A stretch of DNA of 64,000 nucleotides from Octopus sinensis. Taxonomy: Eukaryota. The position numbers were made by a program, and so were the translations under genes. The stretch covers positions 125,984,001 to 126,048,000 of the forward strand of contig NC_042997.1 in NCBI RefSeq assembly GCF_006345805.1, read 5' to 3'. The notes beneath the pieces are model-generated. The model was given only the letters and a program-made list of their open reading frames with translations. It was not told the DNA's origin and made no database searches. This document shows, in pieces, positions 12,064-26,451 of this stretch. Each line of letters opens with the position of its first letter. Position 1 is the first letter of the stretch.

Positions 12064-13435
12064 TAGGCTTGATTGAGTGAGGCTTTAAAACAAAGAGTCT
12101 AGTTTAATAATTAACTATTAAATAATGATAATTGAGTCACAGAACATATCCAAGTAATCATAATATATTTATAAACTTATCAGTTTGCATGTTTTACACA
12201 ACAGCTATTTATGGCACCAGCCAAAAACTGACTAGTCAGTAAATGTCAGCATGTTTCTTTTGATGTACAATGAGTCATTAAAGATGAGTTTTATAAGAAA
12301 GAACAAGATGAACACACACACACACACATATATTATATAATAATAATCTTTTTGTAAGATTTCATCAACCCACATTTCTGGAGCCTGTATGTATGAATAA
12401 ACCAGAAAAGAGATAATTTATCAAAGTCCTCTATGCAGATCAATGAGATATCTAAACAAAGAGCAATTTAAATAGTTATTGTACATATGCTATCACTGAA
12501 GGTCAAATGTGATAGTCCTTCACATAGATATATTTAATGTCAAGTGACTGACCAGCCTTGTCATGGCAGGGTATAAAGGAGAAGAATGGTCTTTGATATG
12601 TGAATAACTAGAATCTCGAGATATGGCTCATTACTAGACAATGGAGAGGCAGGAAAATAAAACTTGCAATAACTGATTGTGTATATTATAGTGCTATAAC
12701 ACGGAAGTAAAATATAGAATAGCATTTCATACTATTTGTTAGCAGTCTCTGCTTAAAAATATTTATCTGCATTTTATTATACATCAAACATATACAGCTT
12801 CAATCTAATTCTAGCTAAAGACTGTCATGTAAACAGATTATCAAGTCTAGTGACTATCTCTTTTAACTGACAAATCAAGAATGTCTAGTTGTTTATTAAC
12901 CACAGATCTGTTGTGATCAAACACACCTATGATCCACAATATTCCCATAATGACTATCCTATGTTTCCTATGTGTTAGGAACTCAAAAACATATTATCCA
13001 ACATGTCCTTTTTTAAGTGTGATTTGAGGGAGGTTTATTATCAGGGGAGTTCAGAAATGTTCAGTCAGTGCCTTCATCAGAGGAAATTCATGCTGAAAAC
13101 ATGGAATTCACCATTTGCCGACTAAGGAAAAGCTACCAAACTCAGACATCTTTAGCAGGTGCATTGTAGACATAACTGGTACTGGTAAAAGTGGGGTAAC
13201 ACCACCTTACCCAAGGCTTCACTGTTGAGTTTTGTTCCAGAATTTTTTGTTTACAAAATAAACTGACCATGACATTTTCCTCCCACCAGTTGTAGAGAGG
13301 TTACGTGACTCCGGCCATTTGAGTAGGATGAATTGCTTTATACAGCCAAGTGCCTTATAGCTGTGAAATTACATGTGGATTGTAGGCGATGTTTTCCCTC
13401 TGTCTTCCTTTTCTTTTGGCCTTTCTTCTGTCTCC

Positions 13436-13472
13436 TGTTTCTGAAGAAGAGCTTTGCTCAAAACATAAAACA
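13436..13472 (+). ncRNA. Hammerhead relic (two CpG-type G to A changes)
   Basis: TGTTT-CTGAAGA-A-GAGC(TTT)GCTC-AAA-ACAT-A/AAACA; perfect 5-bp stem I. Confidence 0.55.
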
Positions 13473-13695
13473 CCCTTTCTTTCCTTCTCTGAGCATCTTA
13501 TTAATACTTTGCTTGTACTACGTCCATGTGTTGTTGCTTTTCTTGTTGTCAGTTTTTCTCCATTTTTTTTTAATTAATTATTTGCCGCATGCTCACATGG
13601 ATCCCCGTCCTTCCAACTGGCTTTGGAGTACTTAATATACATATATGTGTTTGTGTGTGTACATATGTATATATATACACACACACATATATATA

Positions 13696-14485
13696 CAAGT
13701 TCTGATCAATAACTATCTAGACTGTTGCCATAGTAATGAAGCTAAAGCACACAGAGTGAAGCTGCTTGGCATAGATTGACTTTGAACTCTGCTGTGCATG
13801 AGCACTAAGTTTTAATGTTCTAGCTTATTTCCATTATTTACAGTAGTACTTGGAAGGAAGGTGTGTAGTGTGTGATTGTCGCATTGACCATGATATGGAA
13901 GGTTCAGACGTTTCAAGGATGGCCAAAAAAATGTCGATATTGATGAACGTTCTGAGAGACCCCGCAATCAGCACAACTGAGAAACACATCGGTGTGCATG
14001 CAGCTGTAAGGGGAAATCATCAAATCACCATCCAGAAGTTATCAGAGGATGTGCAGGTTAGTTACAGTTCAGTTCAGTCCATTATCATAGAAGATTTGGA
14101 TACGAGACAAGTTTGTGCCAAAACTGCTTTCAGCTGACTAAAAAGACATTCAGGTTTCAGTTGCACAAGATCTCCTTGATTATGTTGAGAATGATGAAAA
14201 TACTTTTTGAAAACTTTGCATGGGCCTCTGAGCAGGGACCGCCAAGCTTTTGGCAAAATTTGATGCAGATTCTCTGCTCAACCTTCTCTATCGTGGTTAA
14301 TACAATCACACACTACACACCTTCCTTACAAGCACTGTTGAAAACAGCAGAACTGAGCTAAAATGTTAAAATTTAGTGTACATGCACAGCAGAGTTCAAG
14401 GTCAATCAATGCCAAACAGCTTCACTCTGCGTAGTTCAGCTTTATTACTATGGCAACAGTGAGGATACTTATTGATCAGACCACG
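13696..14485 (+). mobile_element. Internally deleted mariner element with about 130-bp terminal inverted repeats
   Basis: TA-flanked. Left TIR CAAGTTCTGATCAATAACTATC..., right TIR ...GATACTTATTGATCAGACCACG. The interior encodes a mariner HTH relic (FRRFKDG...DERS.RPAISTT...ITIQKLSEDVQVSYSSVQSIIIEDL). Confidence 0.85.
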
Positions 14486-14869
14486 TATATACACAGATAT
14501 CTCTTCTATCTTTTCTCTTTCCAAAGAAAATATTTTTCAGTGTTCGCTATTCCACCCCTCGTTCTGGTCTAACGACCCTCCATATTTGTTTTCATTCAGT
14601 TTCCTTGTATGTTTCCACTCTCCTATTTTTGTTCCCTCCATAAAATCCAAAATTTATTTTGGAAGTTATGGGAGCAACTGTCTTCGAAGACTCATATTGT
14701 CATTGAATGATGGAAATGAGGAGTAGATAGACATCCAGCAACTGATGAAGGGTCATTCTTTGTGTTACTTGTCCTGTTTTCAATTTTTTTCTCTCATTGT
14801 TTGAAAATTTAACTTGCTTGTTTTCGTACTTCATGTTGTTTACAGTTGGTGACATCCTGTACCCATATA

Positions 14870-14904
<35 letters not shown>

Positions 14905-15198
14905 TATATTATGTGTGTGTGAAGGCATTTTACATCTGCTTTCCATACTGGCATGGGTAGAACAGAGTTGCCAAGAAATGACTTGGGGAGCTTTTACAAT
15001 TTTTGATTTAATATCAGTAAAGCATAAGTTTTATGGAATCTTTTCTTTTACTGTTATAATTCCACCATTTTTACAACTCAACAATAGGTGGTATCTCTTA
15101 TTAACAACTTTCAATCAAACTTGAACACCTGCTGCTAGAAACCAACAGTGTAGCACTTGAAATTTATTTACAAATCTTTTCTGTCTTCAAATATTTAT

Positions 15199-15421
15199 TT
15201 AACCCTTTAGGATTCAGATTTCTCAGTCAAAAGTAATACTTATTATTCATTCATGTTGCTTTGAAGTAATCATGTATTATCTCACAGCTCTGGGATTTTG
15301 ATGATGTGGTAGTTTAATTTTAAAATAATATTGTAGGGTAGGTGTGAGATCTTGCCGGTTCAACATAAAACTGGCAGAATATTTGGGCCGAATATGGTTG
15401 GTTTGAATGCTAAAGGGTTAA
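15199..15421. mobile_element. piggyBac-type MITE family 2
   Basis: TTAA-CCCTTTAGGATT...AATGCTAAAGGG-TTAA; interior similar to 320-547. Confidence 0.8.
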
Positions 15422-16725
15422 GTCAGTCTTAAGTGTTCCAAATCATCTATCTCAAAGCACAAAATTTAACTTTAACACATGACACAATGGAATCTCTACA
15501 TAGAAACTTCAACTGTTAGAAATAACAGCCAAGCCTTGCTTAAATTACAGGCTACTATCATTAAAAAGAAACTGATTGAATTAATTAATGTGTTCCTAAT
15601 TGCAGGAAAAAGTACGATGAAGGTTGCATCACCTTGGGTCATAGGTATATTGCATTTAATCAGCACTGAGATGGAGCTAAACAATAAATAACATTCAACT
15701 GCTGGTCACTTAAAATTCTTATCCCTACAGAAAAAAGAATCCTGGTCCCTTTTAAGTTCCAGCAATTTTCATAGATTATTTGCAATTTAAGAAATCTTCC
15801 ACATGTAAATTAGCATCTTATATTATGAAGAAATCTATAAGAGTAAAGGAGAGTATTGTACAACTCTGAGTTTTATATGTGTAATGAATGTGGATATTTT
15901 CCTTTAGGAAAAAAAACTCTACATCAAAGAGTAGAGCTTTTCATGAAGGAACTAACTGAAATTAGAAATCAACTCAAACCCATTACAATAAATGTATGTG
16001 TGGTGAGTTGTGGTGTGTTATAGTACACAATAAATTACAAATACACCCTTTGAAACAATAACTGAACAGCTTCGGTTCAAATGAGCGATATTTATTAATA
16101 GATCATTTAAGCCATTGTTATTCATTTTCATTTACTGATGATCATGCCTATTTAATTAATTCAATCAGCTTAATGTTAAGAGAAAATCTGTATTTGAACT
16201 AAAACCAAATAACGCATAGAGAAGACTCAGAAATATTGATCAGTTTGTAGGCACAAGTTCTTTGGTTTACCACTTAATCTAAATAAGACAGAAATACTAT
16301 TTCAGCCAGAACTCTCATGAAATACAGTGGAATGAAGCAGAAAGTGACTTGAAATATGTGATTCAGAAAAGGAAATGACATGTAGAATTATGATATAGCA
16401 GGCAAAACAGTTGGTAAATTGTGTAAAAGACTAACCAGATTTATGGTCTAGACAACACTTACACAAGATCATCATCATCATTTAACGTCCGCTTTCCATG
16501 CTAGCATGGGTTGGATGATTTGACTGAGGACTGGCTGCACCAGGCTCCAATCTTAATCTGGCAGAGTTTCTACAGCTGGATGCCCTTCCTAATCCTCTAT
16601 AACCCTTTAAATACCAACTACCTGAGACTGTCTTTGGCTTTATGACACCAAATGATTTACTTTAAAATCTTCCATCAAAATTCCAACTAAATCCATCAAA
16701 ATTCCAATTAAATTCCATCAAAATC

Positions 16726-19700
16726 AAACTAGTCAGTGATACAATTCTGTCACAACTGGATGGTGTAGAAGAGTGTCCCTAACTAGGTCTTAGACATACA
16801 ATTAAATTTTTGCATATTTTAGAGTATATAACTTCACAAAATAAACAGGATACAACAGCAAATGTGTATGAATTTTAAATGGCTATTAGGTACTTAACAA
16901 GTGCCACCATAGAAATTTATGTTCCAAACACCCAATTTAATAATAATAACAGTATTTTACTTAATTCTTCATTATTTTCAGAATTAATTGAAACAAAGGC
17001 AGTATATTTCAACGGAAATATAACAATATGGATAAATGGCAACTGGAATAGCTTCAACAATTTCTCAACTTATGAAAATTCAACTTGTCTTAAGTCCATA
17101 CAAATACACCCAACTGGTTATATTTGAATGGATATGCAGAGCATATGTAACAGCTGAATACTACAAGATCAAATCAGTGCTGTTCATGTAAAAATATTTC
17201 TTGAATTGCACTAGTTTCTCTTACCTTCAAATGAGTAAATAAGACTGAATTTGAACCTGTAATCTTCAATAGCAGAAATAATTACATTTAAAAAAAAAAA
17301 AATTAAACGGACAGAGATAATTTTCAATCCTTTGTAAAGCAGCTGAGAATAGTGAGGCTGGCCAAGAAGGAGAACCAACCCTAAGCCAACTTTAACATAA
17401 TGGTATGGTAAAAGAAACAAAATTTTTAGACAAAACAATCGTTATTTAAGTAAGCAGTTGTCAGATTCTTTAGTAACTCTTCAAACAGATGATTGAGGAG
17501 ATAAAAATGGCATTAAACACATTTAATCAATAACTAGTTAGTTTGCAATTATACAAAAACAGAATGTTTAACGACTATAGAGTTAAAAGAAAATAAGAGA
17601 CATCTAAAGAAGGTGGCAAACTAAGTAAGCTTTACTTATCCATTTTTATTCCAGCCATTGGACTGTGGCCATGCTAGGGCACTGCCTTGAACAAAATAGA
17701 TCCAGTACTTATTTTAAAGTCTGGTATGTATTCTACCAGTATCCCTTGCTAACTGCTAAGTTATAGGGATGTAAACAAACCAACACCACTTGTCCAGTGA
17801 TAAGGGACAAATGCAAATATGTGCACACACACACACACACACACACATATAAAGGCTTCCACACATTTTCCATCTACTATATTCACTTATAAGGCATTAG
17901 TTGGCCCAGGACTATAGCAAAGGTACTGAACCTGAAATCACATGGTTACAAAGCAAACTTATTAATCGCACAGTTGTGCTTCCACCTAAAGTGAAAATAA
18001 GTTTGGTGTTGACAGCTGACATTACTCAAGTATTCTGTTGTCAACTTCTGATTGAAGATTTGTTGTTTCATTGGGGTAATAAGAAAAAGACTTAAAACCA
18101 TGAGAACCTATACTTCAGTCAGTTACTGGGCTGTGACAACATGTCACAGCTCCTTATCTCCAAGTACAAGATAACATTCATGATAACAACTAAAGAATTA
18201 AATTTCAATGAACACCAACACTATATAAGCTGATGTATAAGTAAGCTGTTGATTGAGAAAAGGTATTCCAGCTACAACCATCCCATCTTTCAGTACATTT
18301 ACATCTTTCTTTTAAGCCGGTATGGTAGTTTATGGGAGAGGTTTGACTTCTATTTCTAGCAGGTCAGATAACCATGTAGAAGCTGGCTTGATGAGTCAGA
18401 AGTAGGATATTGATCTAGACAAGCTATTTAAATAGTTTGCTATTTGATTAAGAGTGACCTTACAACTACTGGGATAAAAAGGTCAGAGGTTAAACCATAT
18501 AGAGTGTGTTAGTCACTACCCTAGGCTGCATCAGACATAGAAGTTGCCTATGTGGTGCACTCTACGATAAAGAACTAGCTAGGGTAACAAATACATTTTT
18601 GAAAACCTCAACAGGTTGTTGGCCCATATCTGAAAGCCTTGTTGCAATGTCAAAGTCAGTTCAGTGGAGTTCATTCATTTCCAGATTAACTATGAGCAAA
18701 TATTACATAGTAAGTGAAGCAAAATGATTCCATCAGGAACCAAACCTTACATCACATAATTGACTTGTTGACAACAAGCACTTCTGCAACTGGGATTAAC
18801 CCTTTCGTTACCAACCTGGCTGAAACCGACTCTGGCTCTGAGTACAAATGTCTTGTTTTCATAAGTTTTGAATTAAAACCTTCCACCAAACCTTAGTCAC
18901 AATTTATGTTCATAACACTAGTTTAATGATAACCAAGTAATTTTACTAAATTCTTTGTTATATTTAAAGTAATTGAAAGAAACACAAAGCATCTCAAAAT
19001 AAATACAGTAACGAAAGGGTTAAACAACCACCTAAAAATATACGGAGAAAAAGCTACACTCCAACTTCCAAAGCAGGACTTTTTGATAAACATATAATTG
19101 TTTATATCAACAAAGAAAAAATATGCCAATGTTGATGATAATATGAACAACTAACCATCATTTATCACAGTTATCCCAATTAAAACATGAAACTACCAGT
19201 TGACTGACCCTCTTTCTTTATAGCTCAATTATATACTCTATCAGGCTGTGACAAGGTTTATTCTACACAAATATTCCAACTGTCCACTAACAAAGAAACG
19301 CATGATATCCCAACTATCAGTTTGTAAAGTGACAAGAAGGCAGTTATCTATAAGTACATTGCACTTAATGTATTTCTGAATTAACATATGATAAAGAAAA
19401 TACTTTTAGAAAAAGTCTATTTCTGAATTAACAACATATGTTGATAAAGTGAATGAAAATTTTAATGACATTAAAAACCAGTAGTAGCTTAAAAAATAAA
19501 AAATAAAACTTTACCAAACCAAAGAAGATGTTATCAAATATCGCATGAAAAATAATTCAATTATCTTTTTTTATCACATTGCAGTTTATCAGCAGACCAG
19601 CAGTAATAATATTACTGCATCATCAAATTCAGAATACTAACATGGATTTGTGATACAATATTGATTTTAATTAGCAAGACAAAACAAAACATAAATAAAC

Positions 19701-20248
19701 ACATTGAAAAAAAAAAGAAGAGACAGAGAAATATTAATTCATGGAGATATTTCCCAAATTGATGAAACACAGATAACTTCAAATGCCAAGAGCAAAAACT
19801 AGACCAAAAATTAGACCTAACAATTGAAAGAATCTCATGTTAGTTTTAACAATTTGAAGTTAAATTATTTTTATAAAAATGATTAGGTTGACCAGAGGCC
19901 ATCATATTTATTAATTGCTGACATTAATAAATTTTAATAAAATATTTAAAACAATAACATGAAAGTCATGATAACCATTTAAATATACTCTTATATTCAT
20001 TTTTATTTTGTGAAAGTATCATATATTAGTGTTAAAAAATGCTGTACACTGACAAACTAGTTAAGTGATACAATTCTGTCACAACTGGATGGTATAGAAG
20101 AGTGTCCCCAACCAGGTCTTAGACATACAATTAAATTTTTGCATATTTTAGAGTATATAATAACTTCACAAAATAAACAGGATACAACAGCATATGTGTG
20201 TGCATTTTAAATGGCTATTAGGTACTTAACAAATGCCACCATAGAAAT
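16726..20248. repeat. About 190-bp dispersed direct duplication (16726-16916 and 20054-20248)
   Basis: AAACTAG...GTGATACAATTCTGTCACAACTGGATGG...GCCACCATAGAAAT is present twice with few differences. Confidence 0.9.
18796..19023. mobile_element. piggyBac-type MITE family 1
   Basis: TTAA-CCCTTTCGTTAC...GTAACGAAAGGG-TTAA; interior closely matches 4760-4988. Confidence 0.85.
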
Positions 20249-20570
20249 GATGTTATTTGTTTCCAGTTCTCTGTGAAAATGGGTTTGGCCACAAGGAAAT
20301 ATCACTTTGCTTGCTAAATAGGTGAGAGTGGACAGCAGGAGGGGTATCAGGTAACAGAAAATCTGTCTTCTCCATGCAAGCATGAAAAAGTGGACACTGA
20401 AATAATAGTGTATGTGTGTGTGTGTGAGTGCAAGGGCATCCAGCCATAGAAACCATGCCAAATCAGACTAGAGTCTGGTGCAGCTCCCCAGCTTTGGTCA
20501 CACTGCCCAACCCATGCCTACATGGACAGCAGATGTTAAATGATGATGATGATGATGAAGATGAGGGAGT

Positions 20571-20636
<66 letters not shown>

Positions 20637-21554
20637 CAATCTACTGGGAAGATAATAAATGTATACTGAAAACCTCAAAGACAGAATCATAAATGCCCTG
20701 AGTTCTAAAACTATCAAAGCAAACTCAAAGCATCCCATTCCAGTATCATCTGATCTCTAACACCCAATATTTTTGAGTGGCTAACTCTTCCTTGCAATGA
20801 CTCATTTCAACACCAATACCAACATTATTTCTTCAAGATTCTAAGTTCTGCAATGGTTTCTTTGGTGATGGACTAATATCAAGTATTGTAGGAAAGGAAA
20901 TATAGCAAATTCAATTGACTTTAGCATATTACTAGTATTTATTTTATCAACACCTAAATGAGGTGAACACCAGCAAGATCTGAACTCAGAATACAGAGGA
21001 TGAAATGAATATCATGAGATACTGAATCTAGCAGTCAACTATTTTAGCCAAGTATTCACTCTTATCTCCCTAACTATCTCTACCACCCACAGCATGGGAC
21101 TGACACAAATCATTACCATAGTAAGATGTATGGACACCTATAATTAATTCACTAAGTATACATATATGCTTCATACAACACACAATGAAATATATCATAT
21201 CAAAAGTTATTGAGGAAATCTTTGACTATTTTTCCACATTTATCACGTGTATTCACACATGATCACCATGAAATCCAGTGATGAAGAAAGATCAATATTC
21301 AGATAACATGAGGCAATGAAATGCCATAAAATCTTTGAGCAGAAGAGAATAAAGCAAGGGTAAAGGTCAATGAACTTTAACAGTGAGTTTAAGAAAGACT
21401 TCAAAAAATAAATATATATAAAGGTATATATCATTATTCTTGTATGTCGGGATGGTGTTTTTTGTTTTGTTTTGTTTTTGCCAAATAAACATACACACAC
21501 AATATATTTGTTCTTCATTTATTTATTACTGACCTTATTCTAACTCATGTTCAC

Positions 21555-21600
21555 TGTCCCAAAATCTTTCGTCACACATCAGAGACCTCTTCAGCGACAC
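21555..21600 (-). ncRNA. Hammerhead motif with intact core; same repeat family as 8632-8675
   Basis: GTGTCG-CTGAAGA-G-GTCTCT(GATG)TGTGAC-GAA-AGATTT-T/GGGAC. The host element at about 21440-21645 is the reverse-complement of about 8580-8800. Confidence 0.55.
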
Positions 21601-22049
21601 TTTCCATCTTCATGTGTGCTCTTGGTCCATTTATTTCATTCTATATATCATTATTATCTTATCCATTGTTTTTTTTTTGTCTTGCAAGACTCAGAGATGA
21701 CTGAAGCAGATTTTCTACAACTGGATGTCCTTCCTCCCTAACCCTAACCCTCACCTGTTTCCAAACAAGATAATATTTTTCCATGGCTAGACATTTTCAC
21801 AGAAGATTGGAAATGAAACCTGCTGCTTGTATGACGATGATGGTCACTTATGACTGCATGATGGCAAGGCAAAGAGACATACAAAATGCATACAGAAATA
21901 CAGCCATACAAACAAAGATGTAAAACTCTGCAATCTCTCTGTAATTTCTTCCTGTCAACTTTTCCTTAAAGAAGGACATTGTCCAAAGCATAAAATTTTC
22001 CACTCCACACATCAAGTTCATTAAAATCTTTTTGTTGATTTTACTAAAC

Positions 22050-22620
22050 AAAACAAGGCTTACCAACACACACCAACACTAGTCTCTTTGGAGTCTCCAG
22101 ATGAATACCACAGTTAATTTGCCTTTTCATGATGTATTTGCATAAATGACTATTTTAATCTAATACTGCTTCTGTTACATATCACAAATTTTCATTCAAC
22201 CATCCAGCTAACTACAACACCAGTAATTTTTCAATCACTATTTTCCTATATCAGTGACAACAAATTTTATCTTAGCATGCAGTTGTCAATGGATATTTGC
22301 TACTGATAAGGCCCAAAAAGATAGAAATGTGTATCTCGCATCTTTAACTTTTTTCAGTAATAAATCTATCATGCCATCTAGTTTAACACCAATAACTTCT
22401 GAGTGCCTTTTGTGAAACAAGCTCAATTAAAGCATTTTAATCAGACTACAAGTTCTTGTCAATGTTTTTCCTGAAGGTGTCCATACCTAGCAACCACATC
22501 AATGTCATCAGCCTTTGTTTTTCTTGCTTCATATGCAAATTAATTCATAACATATCTCCACAGCAATGTTCAGGCCTGAGCAAGGTGGTGTGAAGGAGGA
22601 ACTATGCAGTATGTTCTGCT
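22050..22620 (-). mobile_element. Old LINE RT fragment
   Basis: The minus strand gives ADDIDVVAR (about 22512-22486) followed by VIGVKLDG, i.e. relics of the YADD and YLGV motifs. Confidence 0.5.
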
Positions 22621-24465
22621 TTTCTACATGGCTGGTTCAGTCCAAGAAAAGGCAAGCACTAATACAGCCTGGTGCCAAAGTTGGTATATTAGTAACTAGA
22701 ATAGTTTATAAAGAGTATTAAATTGCCTTAAGAGATTAATACCTGACATCATCTCATGGTCTGCTTCTTTAACACTGAAACACTCTGTGTTTCTTTCAAT
22801 TACTTTAAATATAACAAAGAATTTTGTAAAATAACTTAGTTATCATTCAGCTAGTGCTAGGAACATAAATTGTGACGAAGGTTTGGTGGAAGATTTTAAT
22901 TGAAAACTTACGAAAACAAGACATTTGTATTCAGAGCAAGAACCAGTTTCAGCTGGGTTGGTAACAAAAGGGTTAAGCTTTTCTTTATAATCAGAAACAT
23001 AGGTGAGATCCAATGTTAATGAGAGTTGAGATAATTGAAATACTGTGGGACAAGCCTGAGTGAAGTTAGCTTTATTAGTATTAAAGTCAGAGAAGGAAGG
23101 ACAGGACTTTCAAAGCTGATAGAGGGAGAAAAAAAGAAAGTATGACTCATGAATTGTTACAGTGGAGAAACAATGCATTGAATTATCATCAATCCAGAGA
23201 CAGGTCTGAATATTTTGCAAAAGTGTCAACTTAACTAAATGCATGCAAGAGCCAAGAGGATTAAATCTATCCCTGAACTTGTCAATTTTACAGTGTTCCT
23301 ACTGGTGAGATTGTTGAGTTTTTCTTACTGTGGAATGAATAGTTACAGCTACGTAGACTGCATTTTTTTCCTTTTTTTTTTTCTTCGAAGGATTTAAGTA
23401 TCTTGACCATGAATTATTAACCTGTCAGTTGATTGTTCAATATCTAAGTAAGTCAACTATCCAAGAGTTACTACAGAAACATATTAACATTGTAATAACA
23501 CATTAAATATGCAAACTATCTAATATATAAATATAGTTTCAGATAGAAACACAGTTAAATATTTCAGAAACAATCCTCTAAGTAAAGACTGGTTTGAAAT
23601 ATAATCCATAACAGAAAATAAAATATTCCACAACAGATTAACTTAACCCAAACTGACAATTCTAGCAACATTTTCTTTTCAAACAGAAATTTTCACCATA
23701 CATAACCATCATTATAAGCATTCTATATACATAGTAGAAGAAATTTCTGTTTACCTTTGTCTTCTATAATACTTCTATAGGAGCAACATTATATAAGATC
23801 ACAAGCTCGCTTCTCTAGATTGTTCTATCACACTGGGAATAACTTAAGTTTTATGCATCATCATTGTTTAACGTTTGCTTTCCATGCTGGCATGGACTGG
23901 ACGGTTTGACTGAGGACTGGCAAGCCAGTGGGCTGCACTAGGATTCAATCTGATCTGGCATGGTTGAAGACCAGAAACAAGCCTGTTGATGACATCATCA
24001 TAGTATGGTGTGTCAATATTCAAACACAAACTATATGTAAATTTACACATGCATCCAATTTATGTTAATACTGAAAATAACATCATTATCATTTAATGTC
24101 CACCTTCCCAAATATAATTTTTTTGAGGTAGGTTTTCTATGGCTTGATGCCTTACTTGTTGCTAACCCTCACCTGTTTCCAGGCAAGTTAATATTTCCCT
24201 ATGGCCAGATAACAAACAATATCACTTGTATGATGATGATGATGATGCTCATTTACACCCATCACATGATGTCAAGATAAGGGTTCGCACAAAGACATAC
24301 GATGGGCTTCTGTCTACCAAATCTACTTACAAGGCTTTGGTCCACCCTGGGCTACAGTACAAGATATTTGCCCAGATGGTAGGATTGAACCACAGACCAA
24401 ATAGTTAAGAAGCTTCTTTAACCCACCCACCCCCGCCACACACAAACACACACACACACACACAC

Positions 24466-24928
24466 AAATATGTATATTTTATCTTTTACTTGATTCAGTC
24501 ATTGGACTGCAGTCATGCTGGGGCAACATTCTGAGTGGATTTAGTCAAACAAATCGACCCCAGTACTTTTTTAAAAACCTGGTACTTATTCTATTGGTTT
24601 CTTTTGCTGAACCACTAAGTTATGGGGATATGAACAAACCAACGCCAGTTGTCAAGTAGTGGTGGAGGATAAACACAACACACACACACACAGACACACA
24701 CAAATATGTATATTTTATCTTTTACTTGATTCAGTCATTGGACTGCAGTCATGCTGGGGCAACATTCTGAGTGGATTTAGTCAAACAAATCGACCCCAGT
24801 ACTTTTTTAAAAACCTGGTACTTATTCTATTGGTTTCTTTTGCTGAACCACTAAGTTATGGGGATATGAACAAACCAACGCCAGTTGTCAAGTAGTGGTG
24901 GAGGATAAACACAACACACACACACACA
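24466..24928. repeat. Perfect tandem duplication of a 236-bp SINE B segment bounded by (CA)n
   Basis: Units start near 24466 and 24702; no differences were seen outside the CA run. Confidence 0.9.
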
Positions 24929-25148
24929 GAGTTTCCATCTACCAAATCCACTTGCAAGGTTGTGGTCAACCCATGCTATAGAAGAAAACACTTGGCCAAG
25001 GTGGCACGCAATGGGACTGAACTTAGAACCATGTGGCTGGGAAACAAATGTCTTACCATACATAATGTTAAGGTGCACTAAAAATGGAAGAAACTAAAAT
25101 AATTTGCATTTCTCCTCCAATTATTATAATTGTCTGATCTAATTACTA

Positions 25149-25375
25149 TACAGTAATCCCTTGAATATTGTGGGTGTTACGTTCCAAAACCTCCCACGAT
25201 AGGTGAAAATCCATGAAGTAGAACAGTACTGTACTGTATATTTTTTTTTATTATTTTTATAATTTGAATATATTTATTTTATTATAAATGCAAAACAACA
25301 CCACTGAGGAATCACCGCAAGCTTGAATAATAAACTGCGATAGGTGAACTGTGATATGGTGAGGGTTTCCTCTAA
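25149..25375. mobile_element. pogo/Tigger-like MITE (right end degenerate)
   Basis: TA-CAGTAATCCCT left end, an internal GCGATAGGTGAA-type repeat, and GAGGGTTT at the right end. Confidence 0.45.
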
Positions 25376-26381
25376 CTGCTCGCACCACTTCTTCATATAA
25401 ACATAAACAGCATTAAAGTCTTCAACAAACATAGCTAAGAGACCACCATCACACTCAGTCACTACCAGGTTTCACAAGAAAGGATAGGGGAGTACAGTAA
25501 ATATAACATGCTTAGACTGCCACACAGCATTCCAAACAATAAACCACTCTTGCCAGAGTGCAGTCTTCAGTCAAGCAGAGCCATGGAATATCCATGTTGC
25601 TAAATCTATAGGCCTGCTAAGTAGGTCAAACCATGAGCTACAACTAATAAACTAATAACAAATAAAATGTTAGTCCTAATTAGCATACAGATTAAGGTAA
25701 TATTTCTTTTTTTAGATAATCTCAACCCTGCCATCTGACCCTAGATAATCATAATCCATAAAAAAGTTATAATCTATAGATTAAAAATCCAATAATCTGG
25801 GAAGGCATTTACAAAGAATACTAATAATGATGCCAATAATGATTATCATAAATTAGCGGGGTGGGAGAGAGAAAATACAAATGGTTGTTGCCCCTAACAA
25901 TAGGTTAAGGTAGTTTAGGGACAAGGAAACGAGTTATGAACAGATAATGGATATAGAGGATCCCCTTCCTCATTTACACACCTCCCCACACACACACACA
26001 CAATCATCATCATCATCATCAAACAGTAATTTAAGCTCTCCAATAAATATAAGTAGACTAGCAAACACACACGTGCACATATATTTGTTATATACACAAC
26101 ATATAAACCAACAATTGAACATCTCATAGTTAGTTGCTCAACCTGGTAGAAATAACTGCCAAATCTCCCTCTAATTATTCCCTACTGTCTTAAAAACACT
26201 GAACAATACGGTCTTACATATACAAAAAAGATAAGTTTGTCATGGCTGGAATCCCACAAGGCTAAACAACAAATAATATACACATGCAGAGATACATACC
26301 CATACATACATACATACATAAATATATATATATACATACATAAATATATATATACATACATAAATATATATATATATATAT

Positions 26382-26415
<34 letters not shown>

Positions 26416-26451
26416 ATATTCTCTCTCTCGTTTATTTCCTCATGTTCAATT

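Noticed and set aside
13159-13169. GTGCATTGTAG, identical to the first 11 nt of miR-33, a microRNA hosted in SREBP introns
   Set aside because: It is antisense to the gene, the match stops at 11 nt and there is no hairpin. The conserved miR-33 intron lies near the 3' end of the gene, outside this window.
13045-14770. CTGATGA motifs at about 13074 (minus strand) and 14744 (plus strand) as hammerheads
   Set aside because: No properly placed GAAA, stem III or stem I could be built.
22585-22593. Isolated TCACACCAC (SRE consensus) on the minus strand
   Set aside because: About one such 9-mer is expected by chance in the window, it has no partner motifs and it lies in an old LINE relic.
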